Assembly: GCA_030603215.1 (NCBI GenBank)
Contig: JAUVYF010000001.1
Coordinates: 9,257-73,256, forward strand
Length of the DNA stretch: 64,000 bases
Source: Candidatus Bipolaricaulota bacterium
Lineage (GTDB): Bacteria > Bipolaricaulota > Bipolaricaulia > UBA7950 > UBA9294
Direction of reading: 5' to 3'
Shown in pieces: positions 31,946 to 40,871 of the stretch. Position numbers and translations under genes: made by a program. How positions within the stretch are numbered: the first letter of the stretch is position 1; each line of letters starts with the position of its first letter. The notes beneath the pieces are model-generated. The model searched no databases, was not told where the DNA came from, and saw only the letters and a list, made by a program, of their open reading frames with translations.

Positions 31946-32017
31946 TGGGCCCACCAGGATTCGAACCTGGGATCGACCGGTTATGAGCCGGGTGCTCTAC
32001 CGCTGAGCTATGGACCC
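31946..32017 (-). tRNA. tRNA with CAT anticodon (probably Ile2; elongator Met not excluded)
   Basis: GGGTCCATAGCTCAGCGGTAGAGCACCCGGCT-CAT-AACCGGTCGATCCCAGGTTCGAATCCTGGTGGGCCCA; CCA not encoded; TTGACA-17-TATATT promoter upstream. Confidence 0.9.
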
Positions 32018-32089
32018 AATAAGATCCCACGCTGCAATATAAGTCAATGATGGATTGCTGTCAAGCCATGTTGTCAATATGTGGCGTCG

Positions 32090-32845
32090 TTACTGCTCTC
32101 TCCCGTAGCATATACTTAGCTGGATGCTTGCCTGCGTAGAATCTCCTCGTGTTATTGTTCCAATAACCTGAACACCTTCGTAATCTGTTTTTCTGTAAAC
32201 TAAGCCAATGGATAATCCAATCCTTGAGCTAGCAGCTTGCTCTGCTAAGTGTATCCTTGCCGTTAGCGCAAGCTTAGTGTTTGCGACAAATGTCAGCCCG
32301 CCCAGGAGTTCAATGCCCGTGGGTGAGATCCTGATCTCTGGGAGAACCATGATAGGGTCACTTGTCCAGCTGAATCCGATCCCAATGGTGTGTCCCACTA
32401 AGGGAATTGACAGATGAGCCTGTATGTCTGGGGTTCGATAGAAAACGTATCTTATCTTAAGAGAGCTTTGCCCTAATTCTCTTGTTGTGGTCATTGTTGT
32501 CTGCTCTGTGCCGTAGTAAAGGCTGACCCTTTGGGTCCATACAGAGGCGCTATGAACAGAAAGCTGACCTTGAACAGCCAATTGGCTGGTGATATCCATG
32601 AAACCGGCAAAGGTGAATACAAGCCCAACGGTTTTGTCAACATTGTGCCATAAGCCATAATCATCTATGGAATAGTACGGAATGGTATTGATATATCTCG
32701 AGACTTGTGCCGTGATTTGCCAAGCTTTCTCTCCTTCCCGAAATTGGAGTACGTCTATTCCTTGGGCAGTAATTGCAGTGAGTAGTAGTGTTACTAGCGC
32801 GCAAATGATACTAATCGACACCTTTCTAGTTAGCTCAGTATCCAT
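32090..32845 (-). CDS. Exported beta-strand-rich protein, possible outer-membrane beta-barrel
   Basis: Start MDTELTRK overlaps the C39 gene end; hydrophobic signal; many alternating polar/apolar segments (IGIGFSW, LLGGLTFV, IGLSIGLVY, IQLSICY). Confidence 0.5.
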   Translation of the reverse strand: MDTELTRKVSISIICALVTLLLTAITAQGIDVLQFREGEKAWQITAQVSRYINTIPYYSIDDYGLWHNVDKTVGLVFTFAGFMDITSQLAVQGQLSVHSASVWTQRVSLYYGTEQTTMTTTRELGQSSLKIRYVFYRTPDIQAHLSIPLVGHTIGIGFSWTSDPIMVLPEIRISPTGIELLGGLTFVANTKLALTARIHLAEQAASSRIGLSIGLVYRKTDYEGVQVIGTITRGDSTQASIQLSICYGREQ

Positions 32846-33474
32846 AGAAACATCTTCGAGAGTTGAATGGTTCTTGTTTTTTCCGCTATCTTCTCTTGAA
32901 TCTGTAGAATTGTCATTCTGGCTCGATCTGCGCTTCCTTGGTTTGGAGCGAATGCTAGGATTAATCCGTCCCAAGACCGACAAATCTCTACCAACGAAAT
33001 CACCCTCATTCCCCATGACGGATCGGCCAACACAATTCTCTGGCCGACCTGAGTTACCGCGACCGCGAAGTGGTCATCGGGTGTATCTAAGTGAATTAGG
33101 ACGGGTAGAGAGAGCTCGCGCAAGATTGTGCCCAGGTTGCCTTTGGGTATCTCATATCCCTTAGCCAGGATCCCTTTCTTGATACTGGCCTGTTTCAAAT
33201 CAAGCATTGAAACACCGTTCTCTGGAATCTCTCTGGCGAATTCATTCTCACTAACCTCAACTCCAAAGAAAGCTGAGAAGACAGTGGCAAGTGCAGCCGG
33301 TCCACAGCTATACAAGTTTTCCTGTTGATCAACCCCCTCGTATCTGAGCTCCCTGTAAGAGATCACTGGCCATCCATCAGCCGAGAGGAAGAATGCGGCA
33401 GCGATGATGCCTGCCAGAAATAGACCTGCTATGGTATGATGGAAACTAGGCGGGTTGTGCATAGGAAGATTCAT
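32830..33474 (-). CDS. Stand-alone C39-family cysteine peptidase with an N-terminal signal or TM segment
   Basis: QQENLYSCGPAALATV (Cys), DHFAV (His), VLADPSWG (Asp); GVSMLDLK; no ABC domain. Confidence 0.88.
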   Translation of the reverse strand: MNLPMHNPPSFHHTIAGLFLAGIIAAAFFLSADGWPVISYRELRYEGVDQQENLYSCGPAALATVFSAFFGVEVSENEFAREIPENGVSMLDLKQASIKKGILAKGYEIPKGNLGTILRELSLPVLIHLDTPDDHFAVAVTQVGQRIVLADPSWGMRVISLVEICRSWDGLILAFAPNQGSADRARMTILQIQEKIAEKTRTIQLSKMFLWILS

Positions 33475-33785
33475 GTAAACAACGCGGGAAGCACTCCTCG
33501 AGCTACCCAAGTGGTTCCTATGACAAAAAGCCCAGTCTCAATAATGGAGAAGCACGGTATCCTTATTCCCATGTGCAGACCCCAGAATAGTACCGTTATG
33601 GTTACTAGCAAGAGGATTGTCCATTTATACATCTTGCAGTACCGCGCTGTATCGTTAAGCCCCTTATGCATAACTATGCACCGGAGGAACACAATACAAG
33701 CAACGCACGTAATGCCAATAACAAAGAACAACAGCACTCCCAAAGCTGTTAACTTCAGATAGGTAAGCCAGTATGGCATTGTCAT
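33471..33785 (-). CDS. Small three-TM membrane protein (candidate immunity protein)
   Basis: 104 aa, three hydrophobic segments, directly downstream of the precursor gene; AGGAG RBS. Confidence 0.5.
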   Translation of the reverse strand: MTMPYWLTYLKLTALGVLLFFVIGITCVACIVFLRCIVMHKGLNDTARYCKMYKWTILLLVTITVLFWGLHMGIRIPCFSIIETGLFVIGTTWVARGVLPALFT

Positions 33786-33798
33786 ACTCCTTCTATTT

Positions 33799-33831
33799 GC
33801 CAGAGGTCAGTAGATATCTGGCCTCTGGCAT
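33799..33831 (-). terminator. Hairpin after the precursor gene
   Basis: Inverted repeat TGCCAGAGGTCAG...CTGGCCTCTGGCA without a U-tract; likely a stabilising hairpin. Confidence 0.55.
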
Positions 33832-33848
33832 GATTACGCGTTGTTCGA

Positions 33849-34244
33849 CTAGAACCAAGGAATAAAGTAGCCAACTGAAGCGCCCCAGCCAGCACCAGCT
33901 GCAGCGCCAACTCCTGCCGCGTGAGCGAGTCCACGCATGCTCCAATTGCCCCAGTTGCTTACTCCGTAGACACCAATTCCTGTAACTGTTCCCCCGATTG
34001 CACCCACTAGCGTAGCCCCAACCCAGGTGAAGAATCCTTCCCCTTCTACCTTTCTAAGTTTCTCATCAGCTACTTCTTTCCCTCCTTGTTTTTCTATCTG
34101 TTGGAAGGGGCAATCCAGCGGTTGATCTTCCTTTTGTTGTTGACTTGCTATCGTGACGGAAGTTTGAGCAAACGATCCGAAAACCGGTGCGATCACCATC
34201 AATAGAATCAGGCCAACGCTAAGGACACTCTTTAGTCTTGTCAC
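33849..34244 (-). CDS. Bacteriocin-like precursor: Sec signal, double-glycine-type leader, Gly/Ala-rich core
   Basis: Signal ending ...GSFA; leader EVADEKLRKVEGEG; hydrophobic core FFTWVGATLVGAIGG...AAGVGAAAGAGWGASVGYFIPWF. Confidence 0.65.
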   Translation of the reverse strand: MTRLKSVLSVGLILLMVIAPVFGSFAQTSVTIASQQQKEDQPLDCPFQQIEKQGGKEVADEKLRKVEGEGFFTWVGATLVGAIGGTVTGIGVYGVSNWGNWSMRGLAHAAGVGAAAGAGWGASVGYFIPWF

Positions 34245-34367
34245 TTCTTGCCTCCTTGTGTACGGTATGAAAGTTCATTGGGTTGTCATAATCGGAAAGG
34301 GACAACGAACATTACCGAGATCATCATATATATCACCTCCTCGTAGGCATTTATGTGTATAACACCT

Positions 34368-34396
34368 ATTCTATAATAGATTCTATGCTTTGTCAA
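34368..34396 (-). promoter_or_regulatory. Near-consensus sigma70 promoter of the bacteriocin-like locus
   Basis: TTGACA-17 bp-TAGAAT. Confidence 0.7.
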
Positions 34397-34668
34397 GAGA
34401 ACAAACTGCTAGATTGGGAGTTGATCAGATTACTACTAGTTATTAGAGAATGGTTTCTCGTATTAATGAAACAGAAGTAGACAGACATCAGTGGACGCAC
34501 TTAGTGATGGACCTAAATCCATGCTTTCGCCAAGGCGAACACGCCATATGGATATGGACACCTCGAAGCCCGGATTCTGTCCTCACAAGAGGAATGTTGT
34601 AGTATCAATTGCCGCTTAGACTTGAGTAACTATGAACAGAAAGACTCGCTGTTCTCGAGGTTTTGAAG

Positions 34669-35823
34669 CTACTTAAGTTTTTCCTCGGCAGAGAAATCTC
34701 GATACGGTGACAGGCATTTTAGGGTGTCCTGATCTTCGGCAGATACTTTGTTCTGCGTGACTACACGAGCAAGAAGCTCACCTAAGCCTGGGCCAAGCAT
34801 GAGCCCCTGGCCACACATTCCAATTGCCATTAGATATCCCTCTATCTCTTTGGTCCACCCAACTAGAGGCGAGCCATCTGGAGTCATTGGGTAAAGACCA
34901 CGCCAACTACGACGCACGCGGATGTTTGCTAGTCGTGGCATCAAGTCAACAATGCGATGGGAGATCATTGGCAAGAACGCACTAGTTTCCGACCGGTCAA
35001 ACCCCCAAATGCTAGGACTTGGCGTAATGCAGAATACAACCTGTCCGGTAGAAAGCTGGTAGAAGTAGTAGTTTAGTGAGGCTGGCGTGGGACGGATATC
35101 AACTACCATTGGATCAAGAAAGTGAGCAACCGGCTCAGTGATTCCTGCTTCGTGAGAATCGGGATTCACAGGGTGTTCAACCCCGACCATTCCTCCCACT
35201 TGCTTTGCCCATGCTCCAGCAGTATTTAGCACTACCCCAGCGGCGTATTCGCACCTATTGGTTCTTACTCCCTGTATATGTCCTCCCTTGACGGGAATGG
35301 CTTCAACCGTCTCGCCAAAGCGAAACACTGCTCCTGCGCGCTTTGCCTCTTCGTATTGAGCGTGGCCAACAAGCAGGGTAGAGCAATAGCCATCATCAGG
35401 GGAGAAGGTTCCCCCAATTAGACCAAGTGGGTTCAGATCAGGGATGATATCAAGCAATTCATTCTTGTCACACCAGTCAATATTGAGCTCATAGGCGCGT
35501 TGTATTCTAAGCAGATCTTTAAGGGTTTTCTCCTCTTGCTCGCGGTAGGCAACAAAGGAATAGCCACCTGTGGTCCACTCAATGTCATGGCCATAAGTCT
35601 CTTTCCATGTAGAAAGGATTTCGAGGGAGCGCTTGCTCAAACGGATCTTTGTCGGATCAGAGTGAGTGGCACGGACACCGCCGATTGCGGATTTGTTTGA
35701 ACCCTGACCCTCACTGGCAAACTTATCAAGCACCAATATCTTGAGACCAGCCTGTGCCATTGCCAGGGCAGTGGGAACACCGACACTTCCTGCGCCGATA
35801 ATGATAACGTCATAACTATCCAT
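34669..35823 (-). CDS. FAD-dependent oxidoreductase (sarcosine oxidase beta / proline dehydrogenase beta-like)
   Basis: IIIGAGSVG, WRGLYPMTPDGSPLVG, GMCGQGLMLGPG. Confidence 0.85.
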   Translation of the reverse strand: MDSYDVIIIGAGSVGVPTALAMAQAGLKILVLDKFASEGQGSNKSAIGGVRATHSDPTKIRLSKRSLEILSTWKETYGHDIEWTTGGYSFVAYREQEEKTLKDLLRIQRAYELNIDWCDKNELLDIIPDLNPLGLIGGTFSPDDGYCSTLLVGHAQYEEAKRAGAVFRFGETVEAIPVKGGHIQGVRTNRCEYAAGVVLNTAGAWAKQVGGMVGVEHPVNPDSHEAGITEPVAHFLDPMVVDIRPTPASLNYYFYQLSTGQVVFCITPSPSIWGFDRSETSAFLPMISHRIVDLMPRLANIRVRRSWRGLYPMTPDGSPLVGWTKEIEGYLMAIGMCGQGLMLGPGLGELLARVVTQNKVSAEDQDTLKCLSPYRDFSAEEKLK

Positions 35824-37912
35824 CGTTATCCCCCTTTATCCCAGCGAAGGACCCAAATGAAACTTCAACAAACAACGGACGCTTCACGAGTTCGGTGACT
35901 TCTTTTGCAGGAATCCCTTCCTCGCGGAAGATTCGTCTGATCAGTTCAGCACACGTCTTGCCGCCGCATGCGCCCATTCCCGCTCGCGTTATCGCTTTGA
36001 TTTCGTTCATGTCACGGCAGCCTTCGCGGATCAGTTGACGAATTTCGCTTGCAGCCACCCGCTCACAGCGACATGCGATCATCTCATCTTTCCTCTTCTC
36101 GAGCACGTCAGATAGCGGAGCAGACACCCACGGTTTCTGTACGCGGATTCCGGCAATGCGTTTGGCATAAGCTTTGGGAGCCTCTACTTTCACAACTGCA
36201 GTATGATCTCTCTTTGCGGCGAGTTGAACGCTTTTCACTTCTACTTCACCAAGCACCTCTCCCTCGGTGTCGACTGCGGTAACGGTTTGCCCTTGCTTGA
36301 TACTCTCTTGAAGAAACTCATAAGCAAGAGCCACAGTTGGCATCTGTTTATCCTGCCGGTAATCAACCAATGTGATTGCCAATCCTGGGCAAGCTGTAAT
36401 GCAATTCTCGCAGCCAATGCACTTCTTGCCAATCTCAGGCCCGACAAACTTGGGCCGACGCCTGATATCAGTTTCATCAATGTCAATGAGTCCTAATGGG
36501 CAGGCATATGCGCAAGGATCACACGGGATTTCTTGGCGACAGTGAAGAATGGGAAAGGCACCTTCCTCCTCAGCCGGAATTTCTTCCGGGTTAACTCTTC
36601 CAGGACTAGACTTGAGGATCTCAGCCATCCGGACCCATTCCGCAGGGATTTCCCCAACATCCACTCCAAGCGCTCTAGCTACTTTTCTCCCCGCAATCTT
36701 CCCAGTGAACATTGCCGCGGACGCCTCGGCGATCTCTTGCGCATCACCCGCAGCAAATACTTGCATCTTGTATTCCTGGGCCTTTTCGTAGAACTCATTC
36801 ACGGGATTCAGTCCCACAGCAATCAATACTGTGTCACAAGCAAATGATTTCTCGGTTCCGCGAATCGGTTGGAAATGTTCGTCAACTTGAGCAATCGTTA
36901 CAGATTTCACTTGTGTTTCACCATTGGCGCTGAGAACAGTATGCGAAGTGTAAATAGGAACACCCAGGCGAACCAACTTATCCCTGTGGACTTTGTAACC
37001 GCCGCACTCGGGCAAAGCTTCAACCAACCCTACCACCTGGATGCCGGCTTGCAGGGCGTGATAGCCAGCAATCAATCCAACATTCCCTCCGCCGACGATA
37101 AACAGCCGTTTGCTAGGCTTTACCAAGTCACGATTGACCAGTGTTTGAAACGCCCCAGCGCCATAAACACCCGGTAGCGTGTTTCCCTTAAAGACAAGGG
37201 ACCGTTCGCGTGCTCCCGTTGCTACCAGTAATACTTGTGGCCGAACAAGAACATAGGTTTTGTTATTCCGAAGAATACCTACCTTGTGATCGCTGAAAAC
37301 TGCAACCGCTACGCTATTTAGCCAGACATCGGTTGTGTCATGTTCCCTGGTCTTGCTCTCCAGTTGTGTAGCAATATCAATCCCTCGTGTTCCAGCGTGA
37401 ACAGCATTGGTAGAGCCAAAGAAGCGATGAGTCTGTAATACAAGCTTCCCCCCCAGGCGATGCCTGTCATCTACAAGTAGCGCTCTGATCCCGTGCCTTC
37501 CAAGCTCGGCGGCGGCTGACATTCCTGACGGACCACCACCGATGATGAGTACAGGCACTGCAATACTTTCCGTTCTGCTCATAGATGGAACTTGTCCTAC
37601 CTTGGGCAGATCAGGCAAGCCAGTACTGGGCTCAACGCGCATACCTGCCTCAACTGGCGTCATGCAGGCCTTTACCGGTACCCCGTCCGCAATTACTAAG
37701 CATTGGGAGCACTGACCATTGGCACAAAAGATGCCCTGCGGCGCACCATCTTTGGAATGATGCCCAAAGGTCTCGACGCCATTAGCAAAAAGAGCAGAAG
37801 AAATCATCTCGCCTTCCTTGGCGATAAGCGGTTGTCCCTGCCAATGGAAGGTGATGTTCTTGCTTGATTTAACCGACAAAATAGGATGTTTCTTGATTCG
37901 ATAGTCTGTCAT
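35816..37912 (-). CDS. Fused 2Fe-2S / FAD-NAD oxidoreductase / 4Fe-4S / BFD-like protein (dehydrogenase alpha-type subunit)
   Basis: GIFCANGQCSQC, IIGGGPSG, ATGARER, CDPCAYACP, CIGCENCITACPG, CRCE...GMGACGGKTC. Confidence 0.85.
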   Translation of the reverse strand: MTDYRIKKHPILSVKSSKNITFHWQGQPLIAKEGEMISSALFANGVETFGHHSKDGAPQGIFCANGQCSQCLVIADGVPVKACMTPVEAGMRVEPSTGLPDLPKVGQVPSMSRTESIAVPVLIIGGGPSGMSAAAELGRHGIRALLVDDRHRLGGKLVLQTHRFFGSTNAVHAGTRGIDIATQLESKTREHDTTDVWLNSVAVAVFSDHKVGILRNNKTYVLVRPQVLLVATGARERSLVFKGNTLPGVYGAGAFQTLVNRDLVKPSKRLFIVGGGNVGLIAGYHALQAGIQVVGLVEALPECGGYKVHRDKLVRLGVPIYTSHTVLSANGETQVKSVTIAQVDEHFQPIRGTEKSFACDTVLIAVGLNPVNEFYEKAQEYKMQVFAAGDAQEIAEASAAMFTGKIAGRKVARALGVDVGEIPAEWVRMAEILKSSPGRVNPEEIPAEEEGAFPILHCRQEIPCDPCAYACPLGLIDIDETDIRRRPKFVGPEIGKKCIGCENCITACPGLAITLVDYRQDKQMPTVALAYEFLQESIKQGQTVTAVDTEGEVLGEVEVKSVQLAAKRDHTAVVKVEAPKAYAKRIAGIRVQKPWVSAPLSDVLEKRKDEMIACRCERVAASEIRQLIREGCRDMNEIKAITRAGMGACGGKTCAELIRRIFREEGIPAKEVTELVKRPLFVEVSFGSFAGIKGDNDG

Positions 37913-37990
37913 GTTCTTCCTGATTGTGCCTCTGTTAAGCCAGCTTGGCTCTCGTACCGATAATGCAGCACGCTCATTTTTCGCTCGATG

Positions 37991-38974
37991 TTAGTGCTTT
38001 ACCTCTTCATTTTCCAGATCAAAGCCTGCCGGAAACGGATCGTTCTTGGTAAGAATGAGGGAGCCAAAAGCCATCACGTGGGCCGACCCTGTCACCTCGG
38101 GGATAATCCCGACTATATTCCCGATCTTTGTTTCGCTAACGATTCTTCCGATAAACTCCGTGTTCAGGATCCCTTGGTATCGATATTCCTCGCCTGGCTT
38201 CAATTTTCCCTGCGAGTAGAGAAATGCCATCTTGGCACAGGTGCCGGTTCCACAGGGTGACCGGTCGACCTGTCCCCTTCCAAATACCACCACATTCCTT
38301 GGCGGACTGCTATTCTCGTAGAACTCTATGTGATCGACCAACAGAGGAGCGCCTGAACCAGGATGATAGAAGGAGAAATTCTCGTTGAGCCACGCCATGA
38401 TCGTTAGTCCAAGATCCACGATCTTACGCAGTCCTGCTCGTTGCAGTTCGACACCCAGGGAGACTGCATTGACTAGCGCAAAGAGATTTCCTCCATAGGC
38501 AACTTGAACAGCAATCCCATTCCAGGAAACGGTCTCAAGGTAGAAGGAGGGAACATTTCGAAAGGTGACGGCCCTCACTTCACCCTCTTCAGAGTGGAGA
38601 TGACAGCGAACAAGACCAGATGGAGTATCGACTAGGACCTCTTCCTTGTGGATTCGCCCCAGGCTAGCTAGAGCAGTTATGGCTCCGATTGTCCCATGTC
38701 CGCACATCCAAAGCGTTCCACCGTTATCGAAAAAGATCAACCCAAGATCCGTCCTGGAATCAGCCGGTGGAGTCACAATTGCCCCGAGCATGTTAGTATG
38801 ACCGCGTGGTTCCCGCAATAGGAAGCCCCGCAGATCCTTACCGTATTTCTCAAACCAAGTTCGCCGCTCGACCATGGTCTTACCGAGAATAGAGGGGAGC
38901 CCATCAAGAACAACACGAGTTGGTTCGCCGGCGGTGTGAGTGTCGACAACTTGCACAAAACGGCGAATCTTCAT
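37991..38974 (-). CDS. Proline racemase / hydroxyproline 2-epimerase family protein
   Basis: DTHTAGEPTR, EPRGH, MCGHG, DRSPCGTG (Cys/Cys pair). Confidence 0.92.
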   Translation of the reverse strand: MKIRRFVQVVDTHTAGEPTRVVLDGLPSILGKTMVERRTWFEKYGKDLRGFLLREPRGHTNMLGAIVTPPADSRTDLGLIFFDNGGTLWMCGHGTIGAITALASLGRIHKEEVLVDTPSGLVRCHLHSEEGEVRAVTFRNVPSFYLETVSWNGIAVQVAYGGNLFALVNAVSLGVELQRAGLRKIVDLGLTIMAWLNENFSFYHPGSGAPLLVDHIEFYENSSPPRNVVVFGRGQVDRSPCGTGTCAKMAFLYSQGKLKPGEEYRYQGILNTEFIGRIVSETKIGNIVGIIPEVTGSAHVMAFGSLILTKNDPFPAGFDLENEEVKH

Positions 38975-39110
38975 CCACTTGTGCCCTCCATAAGCCTCTC
39001 CACGGGGATGTAGTCCCGATCGTAACCGAAGTAGCGAGGACCGAACGTGGCAATCCCCCGTTCTGTTCGCATCCGTTCGTGTGCGGGGATGAGGAGTACG
39101 GTGCCCCGAT
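38971..39110 (-). pseudogene. C-terminal remnant of a DUF917 gene
   Basis: VLLIPAHERMRTERGIATFGPRYFGYDRDYIPVE aligns by eye with VVGYPSPELWRSSRGLELFGPKHFRYEIPYRPIE of 11247..12359. Confidence 0.6.
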
Positions 39111-39509
39111 AGCCGTCGTACTCGCTGAGGTTCATCTGAATGGATCCTCGAAGCCTTTCGTAGCGCCAGAGAGGCTCGCGCTCATGCGAAAAGGTTTTTA
39201 TGGCGAGAGCCAAAAAGCGCCCCCCAAGGCAGCAGCAATGATGACCAGCATTTGCTTTATCATAGGCCTCTACTTGGCTAAGTTCTATTTCACACTTCCC
39301 CATTAGGACGAACCTCTCCTTTCCAGATGCTCACGGTTATCATCTTTTTCTCGCTTTTTTAGGTTATCACTCTAGGTTACTCCACTTATACTTAGCACAG
39401 CTACTAAAATTATCACCACACCTAAAGCCCTAAATCTCAACATGCTCTACCTCCTTTTGAGTACTTCAAAAAGCTTACCCGAAGGGCTTCCACTTATCCG
39501 TGGTTTTTC

Positions 39510-39662
39510 CTATATACCACCTCCTAATTTGCGAAGCCGCGTCTTATCAGGCATTTTCTCGACTCCGGTCTTTGCGTCCGTGACCTTACCATTGTATTTT
39601 TTGACAAGCTCCTCTTGCTTCTCAAGGTAGTATTTGAACTCCTTTTCCAGTGGCGAGGTCAT
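39510..39662 (-). CDS. Small protein or fragment (DUF5678-like N-terminus)
   Basis: Own translation MTSPLEKEFKYYLEKQEELVKKYNGKV...; strong AAGGAGG RBS. Confidence 0.4.
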   Translation of the reverse strand: MTSPLEKEFKYYLEKQEELVKKYNGKVTDAKTGVEKMPDKTRLRKLGGGI

Positions 39663-39833
39663 GCTGTAGCCTCCTTTTCCTTCCGGCACTATTTTATTCT
39701 ACGCCGATAATGCTCAGCGCGTAAGGATTCGATTTCCAACCGAAAAGCACGAATTATGCCCAGTCTTTCTCCATGTGTCAACTGGGACCGCTTTCGAGTA
39801 CTTTTTTAGGTGAGGCAACAAGCTGTGAGGTCC

Positions 39834-40871
39834 TCAGGAGACGATCTGCGTTAACCTTCCTTGCTGCAGGCCCTCGCGGATCTCAAGCGCAATCCGGCGT
39901 CCGGTGGACATCTCACCGGCAAAATAGTATCGTGAATAGGGAGACCCAGCAGGGTAGAGGTTTGTCCCGGCAACGATGCGCGCGGAAAGCTCAACCGCGA
40001 CGAATTTCATGTTGTCCTGACACACCATCTCCAAGCAGAACGGACCGATCAACCCAGGGGGGAAGAGGCGCTGCGAGGAAGCGACCAATCCCTCGGCGTC
40101 GGACAACAGTTGAGGGAGGAGCGACTCCCGTACCACCAGCGGTCGGTTGCCCACCACCACGTAGGAAGGGGAACCGTCGATGAACTCGCGGTAGCGATAG
40201 AGCTCATCGATGTTGGTCTCATCGCGGCGATCGATCCCCAAGATCTCCACCCGGTCGCGCATCTTAGAATAGAAGTAATGTGGGTAGTAGCGGGTCCCGA
40301 TGAGATATTCCTGAAACGTGTACTGATCGATCATTGCTTTATCGAGGTTCTGTTGTAGCTCCTCGCGATTCGCCGCGCTGATAAGGCCCGCTCCTCCCTT
40401 TGCTCCGGAGAGCTTGGCGATCACTGGGCCATCGACGGCAGCAAGATCCGGGTAGTTCCTGGGAACAGGGACCCCGGCCGATACCAACCACTCCCGCTGC
40501 TTGCGCCGATCCGTCTCCCAGTTGAGTACGGTTTTGTTTCCGAAAACAGGGACCCGCAGGCGATCCAAAATCGCCTGCGCCCCTACGTACTCCACAAAGG
40601 AGCCGTGTGGTATCAAGATCGCGTTCTCCGCCAACAGCTCCTCCTGAACGTCATCGGTCAGCAGATCGGAGAAGCGTTCGACCACGATCAGCCGATCGGG
40701 AGAAGCAAGGGGAAACGAAGAATAGAGCTTAGCGCGCGCTTGCGTGCAGACAAGAACAGTGCGAAACCCCTCTTGCCGCGCCCCGTGGATGATCTGCAGA
40801 GCGGAGTGGGAACCGATGGTGGCGATAGCTATCTTGTCCTGATTATAGCTAGCGATTACCTCACTGTTCAT
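39834..40871 (-). CDS. purP: PurP formate-dependent AICAR formyltransferase (ATP-grasp), paralog 1
   Basis: IATIGSHSALQI, IPHGSFVEYVG, YVVVGN, RESLL, GLIGPFCLE, ELSARIVAGTN, MSTGRRIALEI. Confidence 0.9.
   Translation of the reverse strand: MNSEVIASYNQDKIAIATIGSHSALQIIHGARQEGFRTVLVCTQARAKLYSSFPLASPDRLIVVERFSDLLTDDVQEELLAENAILIPHGSFVEYVGAQAILDRLRVPVFGNKTVLNWETDRRKQREWLVSAGVPVPRNYPDLAAVDGPVIAKLSGAKGGAGLISAANREELQQNLDKAMIDQYTFQEYLIGTRYYPHYFYSKMRDRVEILGIDRRDETNIDELYRYREFIDGSPSYVVVGNRPLVVRESLLPQLLSDAEGLVASSQRLFPPGLIGPFCLEMVCQDNMKFVAVELSARIVAGTNLYPAGSPYSRYYFAGEMSTGRRIALEIREGLQQGRLTQIVS

Noticed and set aside
32846..33016. Extended N-terminus of the 308-aa ORF
   Set aside because: It overlaps the C39 peptidase gene; the Met at 32845 precedes a plausible signal sequence.
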